Shown piece by piece: positions 25,459 to 33,856 of a stretch of DNA of 64,000 nucleotides. The translations under genes were made by a program, and so were the position numbers. Below the pieces are notes generated by a model that made no database searches, was not told the origin of the DNA, and saw only the letters and a program-made list of their open reading frames with translations. The stretch spans positions 1-64,000 of the forward strand of contig JANPEF010000045.1 in the NCBI GenBank assembly GCA_031431875.1, read 5' to 3'. This DNA is from Candidatus Eiseniibacteriota bacterium. Lineage in GTDB: Bacteria; Eisenbacteria; RBG-16-71-46; DASYSL01. Numbering within the stretch: position 1 is the stretch's first letter; the number at the start of each line of letters is the position of its first letter.

Positions 25459-27795
25459 CTACGGCGCGGGCGGGCGCAGTGGATCCGGTGGGCCGAGCAG
25501 CGGAATCTCGACCTGGATCCCCGCGTGAAAGCGCCAGTCGGACGGCCCGGAGCCCACCGCCGTGCGCACGCCGCCCACCGGGGCGATGCGCACGTGCTCG
25601 ATCAGCACGTGCGGCGCGGCAACCGCCGCCGGCGAGTACTCGAGGGCGAACAACCAGCGCGGCGGGTCGCTGAACTTGCCCGCGCGACCGATCCCGCCGG
25701 AGATGGAGCGCATCGACCCGCGTCCGCTCGGGAACATGAGCCGGATATCGCGGAAGGCGTTGTCCTGCAGGTCGCGGTCGACCATCAAGCGGATCGCCTC
25801 GATGGCGAACGGGGAACGCGGGGCCGGGATCTGCAACCCCAGCGGGACGATCTGGTGCGGCGGATTCTCCGCGATCCCCATGATGAACACGATCCGGGAG
25901 AACAGCCACGGCTTGAAGATCCGCTCGGGATGCAGGTACGAGGGGTGCGTCCAGTAATCGCGGCGCACGACGGGGCGTGCCGGCCACGCCCGGAGCGCGT
26001 TCCACGACGCTTCCGCGAGCGAGTCCGGGATCGCGTAGTCGTCGGCCCGTGCGCCCCAGAAGCAGTGGCGATGGACCCGGAAGAACTGCAGTGCCTCGGC
26101 CCGCGTCGCCTGCGGATCCCGCAGCAGGCCTGCCAACGCCTGGAAATCACTCGATGGATACAGCGAGTACACGCCGCGGCGATCGAAGCCCCACGGATAC
26201 GTGCCGCTGCCCGGCGGCTCGACGTGCGGATCGGGCGGCGCGACCGCCGCCGCCGCGCCGTTCAGCGCCGCGAGGCGATCGACGATCTTGCGGTCGTCGC
26301 GCCGCGGAAATGAGAACGACGACTGAAACGGCCCCAGCTCGTCGATCCCGAACGCCGGCCCCACGTCGCGCTGTCCCCACGCGGAGCGGTACCCGTAGTT
26401 GGCATCCATCCCCAGGTCGAAGCGGCCGTCGTCGTTGCGGTCCGGGGCCAGGGCGTGCTTGCCCAGCTCGATCAGCACCGGCATGTGCTGGGGCAGGTGC
26501 TGCGGCCGTTGGAACGAGACCTGGCCGCGGCGGTCGCGCAGCACGATGTTCGCCGCCGCGGCGTCGCCGTGCGCGTCGGCTGCAAACGCCGCGACGTCGC
26601 CCACGGCGTCGGTGTAGGCGATGGCGTGCTCGGCGTCATGCACGTGCGCGCCGGTGCCGACGTCGTACAGGAAGTAGAACCAGTAGCTGATCTCGTGGCC
26701 GCCGGTCGGCGCCCCGTCGCGCACACGGAACCCGACGCGCGGTTCCGGCGGGTCGCCGAGGCGGGTGAGGATGAGCGTCGCCGCCTCGGCCGGCGCCGCG
26801 TCGGCGCGCTCGTAGCGCAGCTCGTAAGTGACGGCGCCCTGGGTGCGCGGGCCCCGCTCGCTCACCCGCGAGGCGGCGCCATGGAGCGTGTGGTAGAGGC
26901 GGTCGTGCAGGTCCGGGGTGGCGACCCCGATCGTGTCGAGGTCCTTGTACACGTCGAGGCCGCCGTCGGGCCGCGGATAGCCGACGAAGCTCGTGGTCAC
27001 GTTCCACGGGACGCCGCCCTCGAGCACGATCAGCGTGTCAGGCGGCTCCATGCTCCGGCGCACGTGCGTTCGCGCCGACACATTCTGCGTGAGCGGAAGC
27101 CCCTGCTCGCGCAGCGCGCGCAGCGTGCCGCCGCGGAGCGGGGATCCCGCCCCCGGGGCATCGGCCCGGATGCGATCGGCCAGGCCGGCCGAGACCGTGA
27201 GCCAGCGCTCGGGGCTCACGATGTAAGCCACCGCACCGGAGTCAGAGACGTCGGGCTCGCAGGCGAACGAGCGGGGCGAGAGCGCGATGCCCGCCGTGCG
27301 CAGCGCGTCGCGCGTCGACTGCGGCAGCGCCCATGCCTGCCACCCCGCATCCGTCCGGCAGGAACGGATTCCGCGCAGCAGCTCCTGGTCCTGGATCGTC
27401 ACGCGGAATGGCCGCCGGTTGCCGTGCAGCGCGGCCATCGTCCGCAGGTCGAGGAGCCCGATCGCGAGCTCGGAGGGATCGGACAGGTCGATCAGGCCGT
27501 CGCCGTCGTTGTCGCGGCCGTCGAACGCAAACGCGTGCGGGATGACCGGGTAGAGCACTTCGTCCATCGCCGGGCGGAGGATCGGCGTGTACAGCGTCGC
27601 CGTGCGGCCGTCGGGATGAAGCGAGAGGATCGAGTCGGTGACGGCGTCAGCCCGCGAGTCACGCGCGGGCGTGAATGCGGCGACGCGTCCGGCAAGAATG
27701 CAGAGCGCCCCGCAGGCGAGCGAGGCGAGGACTATGGCGCGCACGACCGCGGGGGGGCCGGCAGGCGAACCGGGAGTGCGGCGAGCGTGGCGCAT
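25459..27795 (-). CDS. Large secreted hypothetical protein
   Basis: Signal-like N-terminus, DGRDNDGDGLID Ca-binding-like motif, YWFYFLYD..HVHDAEH motif; start uncertain. Confidence 0.7.
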   Translation of the reverse strand: MRHARRTPGSPAGPPAVVRAIVLASLACGALCILAGRVAAFTPARDSRADAVTDSILSLHPDGRTATLYTPILRPAMDEVLYPVIPHAFAFDGRDNDGDGLIDLSDPSELAIGLLDLRTMAALHGNRRPFRVTIQDQELLRGIRSCRTDAGWQAWALPQSTRDALRTAGIALSPRSFACEPDVSDSGAVAYIVSPERWLTVSAGLADRIRADAPGAGSPLRGGTLRALREQGLPLTQNVSARTHVRRSMEPPDTLIVLEGGVPWNVTTSFVGYPRPDGGLDVYKDLDTIGVATPDLHDRLYHTLHGAASRVSERGPRTQGAVTYELRYERADAAPAEAATLILTRLGDPPEPRVGFRVRDGAPTGGHEISYWFYFLYDVGTGAHVHDAEHAIAYTDAVGDVAAFAADAHGDAAAANIVLRDRRGQVSFQRPQHLPQHMPVLIELGKHALAPDRNDDGRFDLGMDANYGYRSAWGQRDVGPAFGIDELGPFQSSFSFPRRDDRKIVDRLAALNGAAAAVAPPDPHVEPPGSGTYPWGFDRRGVYSLYPSSDFQALAGLLRDPQATRAEALQFFRVHRHCFWGARADDYAIPDSLAEASWNALRAWPARPVVRRDYWTHPSYLHPERIFKPWLFSRIVFIMGIAENPPHQIVPLGLQIPAPRSPFAIEAIRLMVDRDLQDNAFRDIRLMFPSGRGSMRSISGGIGRAGKFSDPPRWLFALEYSPAAVAAPHVLIEHVRIAPVGGVRTAVGSGPSDWRFHAGIQVEIPLLGPPDPLRPPAP

Positions 27796-27954
27796 CGGCC
27801 CCCCTTTCGCATGGGCGGCGAGTCTGCGTCCGGGGACAGCCCGTCGTCAATGGTCTGCCTGTCCGATCTGCGGGGCGGCGATCTTGCCGTGGGTGCGCCA
27901 GCCTGCGAGACTGAGGTTGCTCCCGTCTCGCCCCCGCACGGTATGGAGGAATTC

Positions 27955-28422
27955 ATGGCTGTCGACGTCGGCAAGAAGGCCCCCGCGTTCAGGCTTCCGG
28001 CCTCGAATGGGGAGACCGTCGCACTTTCGGAACTCAACGCCGCCGGGAAGAGCGTCGTCCTCTACTTCTATCCCAAGGACGACACGCCCGGCTGCACGAA
28101 GGAAGCCTGCGAGTTCCGCGACGCGGTGAAGAAGTTCACCAGCCGGAAGGCCGTCGTGCTGGGAGTGAGCCCCGATTCGCTCAAGGCGCACGACAAGTTC
28201 ATCGCCAAGTTCGGACTGCCGTTCGTGCTGCTGTCGGACGTCGACCACGCGGTCGCCGAGAAGTACGGCGTGTGGGTCGAGAAGTCGATGTACGGCCGCA
28301 AGTACATGGGCATCGAGCGCTCGACGTTCGTCATCGGACCCGACGGCAAGGTGAAGGCGGCGTTCCGCAAGGTGAAGGTCGACGGCCACGTCGACGAGGT
28401 GCTGGCGGCGGTGGCCATGTGA
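27955..28422 (+). CDS. bcp: Peroxiredoxin Q/BCP
   Basis: LYFYPKDDTPGCTKEAC, GVSPDS, ERSTFVI; GGAGG RBS. Confidence 0.96.
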   Translation: MAVDVGKKAPAFRLPASNGETVALSELNAAGKSVVLYFYPKDDTPGCTKEACEFRDAVKKFTSRKAVVLGVSPDSLKAHDKFIAKFGLPFVLLSDVDHAVAEKYGVWVEKSMYGRKYMGIERSTFVIGPDGKVKAAFRKVKVDGHVDEVLAAVAM

Positions 28423-28440
28423 ACCGCACAGCCGGGTCGC

Positions 28441-28458
28441 TCGTGCGCAATTTCACAA
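28441..28458. promoter_or_regulatory. Possible Rex operator
   Basis: TCGTGCG-CAAT-TTCACAA: one perfect half-site, three mismatches in the other. Confidence 0.4.
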
Positions 28459-28489
28459 GCAACGACGACTGATTCACAGCTATCCTGAG

Positions 28490-28518
28490 GCGGGCCTGGA
28501 GTTCTCCGGGCCCGCTTT
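28490..28518 (+). terminator. Terminator-like hairpin after bcp
   Basis: GCGGGCCTGGA-GTTC-TCCGGGCCCGC-TTT. Confidence 0.6.
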
Positions 28519-28524
28519 GCATGA

Positions 28525-28956
28525 CCCCCGCCCTGTGGCCCAGACCCCGAAGACTTCGAGAAGGCCGTGTCGGAGCGCGACCGGATGTCTGGTGCGACGC
28601 CGAAAGGGAATCAGTACAAGAGCAACCTGGTCAGCCACCATCAGCGGCTCCAGAAGATCGGATCACAGCTGCGGCGGGGGGAGCCCAGGTCCAAGCTTGC
28701 CGGGCTTCGCTTCTCGGACAGCCGTGCGGATGAGCGCCTGCAGCTTGCGGATCTCGTTGCGTACGCGGTCTACAGGCAGTTCGTCGATCACGGGGACAAG
28801 TGGGATGCGGAAGGGTCGTCGCTTCCGCTGTACCGCTATTTTGGACTCCTGGTGCCGAAGTTTCGAAGAGGGCCTGCGGGGGCATTCACCGGATATGGCG
28901 TGGTCAAGTTCCCGCGAAGGTCCTGGAAGCGGTGGGGTGTAAGAGAGGAGCCGTAG
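28525..28956 (+). pseudogene. 5'-truncated DUF3800-family gene (C-terminal half only)
   Basis: FSDS...LQLADLVAYAVYRQF (QxxD motif) and GYGVVKFP ending typical of DUF3800; in-frame TGA at 28522 and no N-terminal DE motif; codon usage differs from neighbours. Confidence 0.68.
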
Positions 28957-29029
28957 CGGCCAACCCAGGGTCAATTCCCCGAACAGTCCCTTGAACCGGG
29001 CGGACAGGCCGCCTTTCCGCTACGACTCC
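28947..29029 (-). ncRNA. Candidate 83-nt three-way-junction RNA, convergent with the DUF3800 remnant
   Basis: 13-bp terminal stem GGAGUCGUAGCGG/CCGCUACGGCUCC, whose G-U wobble works only on the minus strand; two internal hairpins; begins about 7 nt after a -10 box. Confidence 0.65.
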
Positions 29030-29035
29030 CCCGGG

Positions 29036-29064
29036 AGAGTACCGACACCCCCACGGTCGTGCAA
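29036..29064 (-). promoter_or_regulatory. sigma70-type promoter for the candidate RNA
   Basis: TTGCAC (29064-29059)-17 nt-TACTCT (29041-29036). Confidence 0.7.
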
Positions 29065-29096
29065 GAGGCGCAAAATCCTTTGCGCGAAATCCTTGC

Positions 29097-30488
29097 CTAC
29101 GGCCACACCAGCGACGCGTAGGTGACGACCGAGCCGCCGGGCTCGACGGACTGCTCGTAGCCGAGCAGGCGCCCGGCGCCCGGTCGCGCCACGTGGAGCA
29201 TCGCGTACATCGCTGCGAATCCGCAGATGCGCGTCGAGTCGCTGTGCGCGGCGACGGCGTCGAACCACGCCTCGGCGTCCCCGGTGAGCGCCGCGGCGAT
29301 CGCGGCGCGATCGGTCTTCTCGATGTCGGCCAGCGCCGCGGTGTCGAGGTCGATCGCATCGCCGAAGCGCGCGCCCACGTGCGACAGGTCCACGCCCGCG
29401 ACGAACGCCACGCGCTGTCCCGCGGCGGCGAGGCGCGCCGCCTCGGCGTCGATTGCGGCGAGCGTGTCGGCGACGCGCGGCTCGTCGGCCGGCCGGCGCT
29501 CGAAGCGCACCAGGGCATGGAATCCCGAGCAGAGGATCGGCACGATCTTCGGCGTCCGCGCAGCCAGGTGGCGGCGAAGCGCCAGCGCCTGGAACTCGAT
29601 CGAGTGCTCGTCGCGGTGCGCGATCTCCTCCTCGAGGATTGCGGGGCTCGTCGCGGCGACGATCCGCTCCACGGAGTCGACGGCCACGTCGACCGTGCCC
29701 AGCGGGGTGGCGAACGGCTTGGCGGTGATCGCGAACGGCTCCTCGAGCATCATGTGGCCCACGCCGAAGACGAACACGACGTCGGGCAACTGGTCGGCGG
29801 GCACGCCGGCGAACGTGCTCCAGGCGCGGGCGAACAGCGGGCCGCCGCGCTGCAGGTCGATGTGCGGCGCCGCCAGCGCGCGGGGCGCCCCCGAAGCGGC
29901 GGCCCCAGACGGCCGGATCGTCACGCCCTCGGCCGCGGCGCGCTCGGCGGCGATCTTCTCGTGTTGCGAGAGGAAGCCGCCCAGCTCGACCGGGTCCTCG
30001 GGGTACGACAGCCCGGCGAGCACGGCCGGGCGTACCGGCAGTGCGCGATACTCGGCGTACAGCGCGTCGCGCGCCGCGAAGTAGCGCGGCGACTCGAGCA
30101 GGAGCTGCGCGTCGAGTGTCTCGACGAGCTTCCGCACCTGGTCGCCGGCGCGGGGATCGCCCGTCTGCTGGTCGACGAGCGCGATCAGGTCCTCGAGCGC
30201 CACCGAGCCGTCGAACAGCGAGAGAATCGGCACCGCCTCGGGCGAGATCGCCAGGGCGCGTGGCGCCACGCCCGACGGGTCGGTGAGCACGACGACCGTG
30301 CGGTCGCCCTCGCGGACCTCCTGGACCTCGATCGCCCGCAGGCGCGGGTACTGCGGCAGCGCGGGTCCCGCGTCGACGTCCGCCTCGTCGCGGCGCGTCA
30401 CGATCGGCCGGCCGTCGGGGCCCAGCAGCGTGCCCGGCTTCACTCCACCGGGGAGGATGATCCGCGAACCGCTGCCGTCGTCGCTCAC
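29097..30488 (-). CDS. amrB: MEMO1-family (AmmeMemoRadiSam protein B) with an N-terminal extension
   Basis: RPAVLAGLSYP, APHID, GVGH, HRDEHSIEFQ, VDLSHVG, ICG motifs. Confidence 0.85.
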   Translation of the reverse strand: MSDDGSGSRIILPGGVKPGTLLGPDGRPIVTRRDEADVDAGPALPQYPRLRAIEVQEVREGDRTVVVLTDPSGVAPRALAISPEAVPILSLFDGSVALEDLIALVDQQTGDPRAGDQVRKLVETLDAQLLLESPRYFAARDALYAEYRALPVRPAVLAGLSYPEDPVELGGFLSQHEKIAAERAAAEGVTIRPSGAAASGAPRALAAPHIDLQRGGPLFARAWSTFAGVPADQLPDVVFVFGVGHMMLEEPFAITAKPFATPLGTVDVAVDSVERIVAATSPAILEEEIAHRDEHSIEFQALALRRHLAARTPKIVPILCSGFHALVRFERRPADEPRVADTLAAIDAEAARLAAAGQRVAFVAGVDLSHVGARFGDAIDLDTAALADIEKTDRAAIAAALTGDAEAWFDAVAAHSDSTRICGFAAMYAMLHVARPGAGRLLGYEQSVEPGGSVVTYASLVWP

Positions 30489-31696
30489 TTCGCTCCGCCA
30501 TCCGGCCGGGCCAGCGCCGCCTCGAGCACGCGCACGCCGACTTCGACGCCGAGCGAGAGCGCGCGCTCATCGGGATTGAAGCTCCCCGAGTGGTGGGCGA
30601 ACGTCTCGATGCCCTCGGCGTTCGCGGTGCCCACCATGTAGTAGCAGCCGGGGACCCTCTCGAGGAAGCGCGACATGTCTTCGGATCCCATGCAGCGGTA
30701 GGCCGAGACGCCGGCGGGCCCGAGCAGGCGCGTCACCACGTCGTGGACCAGCGCCGTCGGCGGGCCCGCATTGATCGTCGGCGGGTAGTTCGGCTTGAAC
30801 TCGTAGTCGATGCCCGCGCCATGCGCCGTCGCGATCCCGCGCGCGAGCGCCTCGATCCGCTCGGAGATGAACAGCGCGAGCGCTCGATCGTACGTGCGGA
30901 CGGTGCCGTCGAGGGCGGCCTCGGTCGGCAGGATGTTCGACTTCGTGCCGGCATGGAGCAGGCCGATCGTCATCACCGCCGGCTCCAGCGGGTCGACCGA
31001 ACGGCTGACCACGGTCTGCAGGGCGAGGACGATGTGCGACGCGACGACGACGAGGTCGCTGGCCTGGTGCGGCGCCGCGCCGTGCCCGCCCTTCGAGTGC
31101 AGCCGGATCGTGAACTCGTTCGAGCTGGCGTAGACGCCACCCTCGCGCACGCCGATGACACCGACCGGGTCGTCGTTGTTGAGGTGCATGGCGTAGCAGG
31201 CGTCGGGCTTCACCCAGTCGAGCACGCCGTCGGCGATCATCGCGCCGGCGCCGTCCCCGCCCTCCTCGGCGGGCTGGAAGAGGAACGCGATGGTGCCGCC
31301 CAGGCGCTCCTTGCGCGCGGTCAGGATGCGCGCCATGACCAGCGCGACCGCGGTGTGCCCGTCGTGTCCGCAGGCGTGCATCATCCCCTTCGTCTCGGAC
31401 GCGAACGCGTAGCCGGTCTCCTCGAGCAGCGGGAGCGCGTCCATGTCGGCGCGGTAGAGCACGGTCGGGCCGGGCTGCGCGCCCTTGAGGAGCGCGACCA
31501 CGCCGGAGCCGCCGATGCCGGTGCGCACCTCGAGGCCGAGGCCCTTGAGGTAGTCGGCGACCTTGCCGCTGGTGTACGGCAGGTCGAACAGCAGTTCGGG
31601 GTGGCGGTGGAAGTCGCGACGCAGGGAGATGACCTCGTCGGCGAGGGCGCGGACGTCAGGCGACAGACGCGGGTCGAGTTCGAGCACGGTGGACAT
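30485..31696 (-). CDS. M20D amidohydrolase
   Basis: RRDFHRHPEL, RADMDALP, MHACGHDGH, FQPAEE, GGHGAAPH, SEDMS; GGAGG RBS before ATG 31696. Confidence 0.93.
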   Translation of the reverse strand: MSTVLELDPRLSPDVRALADEVISLRRDFHRHPELLFDLPYTSGKVADYLKGLGLEVRTGIGGSGVVALLKGAQPGPTVLYRADMDALPLLEETGYAFASETKGMMHACGHDGHTAVALVMARILTARKERLGGTIAFLFQPAEEGGDGAGAMIADGVLDWVKPDACYAMHLNNDDPVGVIGVREGGVYASSNEFTIRLHSKGGHGAAPHQASDLVVVASHIVLALQTVVSRSVDPLEPAVMTIGLLHAGTKSNILPTEAALDGTVRTYDRALALFISERIEALARGIATAHGAGIDYEFKPNYPPTINAGPPTALVHDVVTRLLGPAGVSAYRCMGSEDMSRFLERVPGCYYMVGTANAEGIETFAHHSGSFNPDERALSLGVEVGVRVLEAALARPDGGAK

Positions 31697-31785
31697 GCGG
31701 CCTCCGATCGGGTCGATGGGTTCCGGGGGGACGAGGGGGTGTCGCGGCGGTCCGGACGTCGGAGCGGCCCGTCGAAATCCGGCGC

Positions 31786-31811
31786 ATCCTAGCACGGGCG
31801 CGGTGTAAGGT
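31786..31811. promoter_or_regulatory. Back-to-back divergent -10 elements (amidohydrolase and corA)
   Basis: Minus strand TGcTAGGAT (31794-31786); plus strand TAAGGT (31806-31811), 8 nt before the corA ATG. Confidence 0.5.
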
Positions 31812-31819
31812 CGCGGGCC

Positions 31820-32815
31820 ATGCACCCCGAGACCGAACGCCCGTCCGCACCGCCACGCACGCTGCTCATGGTGGCTCGTGGCGACCATGCCGAGGAACGC
31901 CCGCTCGCCGAGCTGTCCACGCTCCTGGCCGACCCCGAGGCGCGCCTGTGGATCGACCTGCAGAACACGGGCGAGGCCGGGTTTTCCGCGCTCGCGCCCG
32001 CGCTGACCTTCCACCCGATGGCGGTCGAGGACTGTGTCACCGACATCAACCACCCGAAGATCGATGACTACCGCGACTACCTGTACATCGCGCTCCACTC
32101 CGCACGCTGGGAGGACCCGGCGCAGGAGCCGGTGCTCAAGGAGCTCGACGTCCTCATCGGGAAGAATTACCTGGTGACCTATCACGAGGAGGACACCCGC
32201 GGCGTCGAGCGCGCCCGTGCGCTGCTCGGGCGTCGCGGCGACCTCCTGTCGCGCGGGCCCGACCACCTGCTCTATTACATCCTCGACGTGATGGTGGACA
32301 ACTACATGCCCATCATCGAGATGGTGCACACGCACCTCGACTCGCTCGAGGAGCGTGTACTGAAGCGCCCGAACCGCCGCCTGCTCGCCGAGATCCTGCA
32401 GCTCAAGCGCGGCACCGCGGCGATCCGCCGCGTCGTCGGCCCGCAGCGCGACACGATCCTCGCCATGACGCGCGATGAGTACCCGGGCATCCGCCCCGAG
32501 ATCCGCCCCTACCTGCGCGACGTGTTCGATCGCATGGCGCGGATCAACGAGATGCTCGACTCGTTCCGCGACGAGCTGGCCACCATCCTCGACATCTACG
32601 TGAGCCAGGTCTCGAACCAGCTCAACGAGGTGATGAAGGTGCTCACCGCGATCACGGTCGTGATCGTGCCGGTGACGCTGATCGCGAGCATCTACGGGAT
32701 GAACGTCCACTTCCCCGGCGCGAACACGGTGAACGGTTTCTATGCGTCGGTCGGCCTCATGGTCGCGACGGCGCTGGGGATGATCCTGTTCTTCCGGAGT
32801 CGGCGCTGGTTGTAG
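31820..32815 (+). CDS. corA: Mg2+/Co2+ transporter CorA
   Basis: FHPMAVEDC, PKID, YLRDVFD, NEVMKVLT, YGMN signature and two C-terminal TMs. Confidence 0.95.
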   Translation: MHPETERPSAPPRTLLMVARGDHAEERPLAELSTLLADPEARLWIDLQNTGEAGFSALAPALTFHPMAVEDCVTDINHPKIDDYRDYLYIALHSARWEDPAQEPVLKELDVLIGKNYLVTYHEEDTRGVERARALLGRRGDLLSRGPDHLLYYILDVMVDNYMPIIEMVHTHLDSLEERVLKRPNRRLLAEILQLKRGTAAIRRVVGPQRDTILAMTRDEYPGIRPEIRPYLRDVFDRMARINEMLDSFRDELATILDIYVSQVSNQLNEVMKVLTAITVVIVPVTLIASIYGMNVHFPGANTVNGFYASVGLMVATALGMILFFRSRRWL

Positions 32816-32982
32816 TCGGGTCGCCCGCCCCCGGCGGCGAACACCGGGGGTGCGACGCGCGGGAGGAACCATCCTGGGCGGACGATCGCGCGTCGCATGC
32901 AGCCCCTTCCCTGAGGCCGGAGATCAACTCGGGATCGCCTCGCTCGCCGATCGCCTCGTTCGATCTCGACTCTCGGATCCCG

Positions 32983-33049
32983 CGCAGCGTCGGGACCTTG
33001 AGGGTCGAGTGGGGAGCTCCGTGCCAGGGAGACCTCCCTGCCCGCTGCG
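32983..33049 (-). ncRNA. Candidate cloverleaf-like small RNA (may extend towards about 32820)
   Basis: 7-bp terminal stem CGCAGCG/CGCUGCG enclosing three hairpins; begins about 7 nt after a -10 box. Confidence 0.5.
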
Positions 33050-33055
33050 ACAAGA

Positions 33056-33085
33056 ACGCTAGTCCCCTCCGCCAAGTGATGTCAA
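33056..33085 (-). promoter_or_regulatory. sigma70-type promoter with no credible downstream CDS
   Basis: TTGACA (33085-33080)-18 nt-TAGCGT (33061-33056). Confidence 0.62.
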
Positions 33086-33360
33086 GGAAATGTGTCGCCG
33101 TGGCGCGATCGAGGTCTGTCGCGGCGTCGTAGCCACGCCATGCCGGTGTCGCAGGGATCGCACACCTTTTCGAGCGCGCCCCGGGCGCGCTCGGGGTCTT
33201 CGCTGCGCGCCCGAGGCTCGATTCCCCGGAATTCTTCGCAATCATCAGAATTTCGAGTCCTGCCGGGTCAGGGTCGATCGTCCATCTTCCCGGGATGTGC
33301 CGTCCGGCCCAACCCTTGCATTCGACCGCTGCGGACACTTACCAGCGGAGGTTCGACGCC

Positions 33361-33747
33361 ATGATCCGTCCCCGTTTCGCCCCGGTCGCCCGTCTCGCAC
33401 TGGCCGGACTCGCTCTCGTCGTCGCGTTCACCCTGTCCGGCGGCACCGGGGCGGGTCGTTCCGCCGAGGCGGCAGCGACGGGCTCGGCGATCGTGGCCAC
33501 GTACGGCGTCGGCGGGGTGCTCAAGTCCGACGGCAAGCTGTACCAGTGGCGTCCCGAGCGCAAGCAGTGGGTGACCATCGACGAGTCGTTCCGGCTCGAC
33601 GGGGAGACCCGCAAGGTGTTGCCGTTGCCGGTGGTGGTCACCGAGGTCGTGCGCATGGAGGGCTTCGGCTTCATCGTCACCCGTGGCGGGGGGTGCTGGC
33701 TGTACAACCTGGACTCGAACACCTGGGAAAACATCGGCCGCCCGTAG
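33361..33747 (+). CDS. Secreted hypothetical protein
   Basis: GGAGG RBS, signal peptide, small beta-rich domain. Confidence 0.72.
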   Translation: MIRPRFAPVARLALAGLALVVAFTLSGGTGAGRSAEAAATGSAIVATYGVGGVLKSDGKLYQWRPERKQWVTIDESFRLDGETRKVLPLPVVVTEVVRMEGFGFIVTRGGGCWLYNLDSNTWENIGRP

Positions 33748-33856
33748 GGGCGGGGCGAGAGTAGACTTGTCGCAACGGTTGAAGGGCCCGCAATCGCGGG
33801 CCGGCCGCCTTCGGCAAGCGGCCAACACGGGGCCCGGCCCCGGAAAGGCGGTTGTC

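Noticed and set aside
32983..33049. Canonical tRNA or c-di-GMP-I riboswitch
   Set aside because: No GUUCRA T-loop, conserved D-loop or CCA end, and arm lengths are wrong for a tRNA; the GCAAA/GNRA-receptor riboswitch consensus is absent and no gene lies downstream
32740..33075. Minus-strand 111-aa ORF near the orphan promoter
   Set aside because: Its annotated start lies inside the promoter, it runs antisense into corA and it has no motif; a short peptide from the internal ATG cannot be fully excluded
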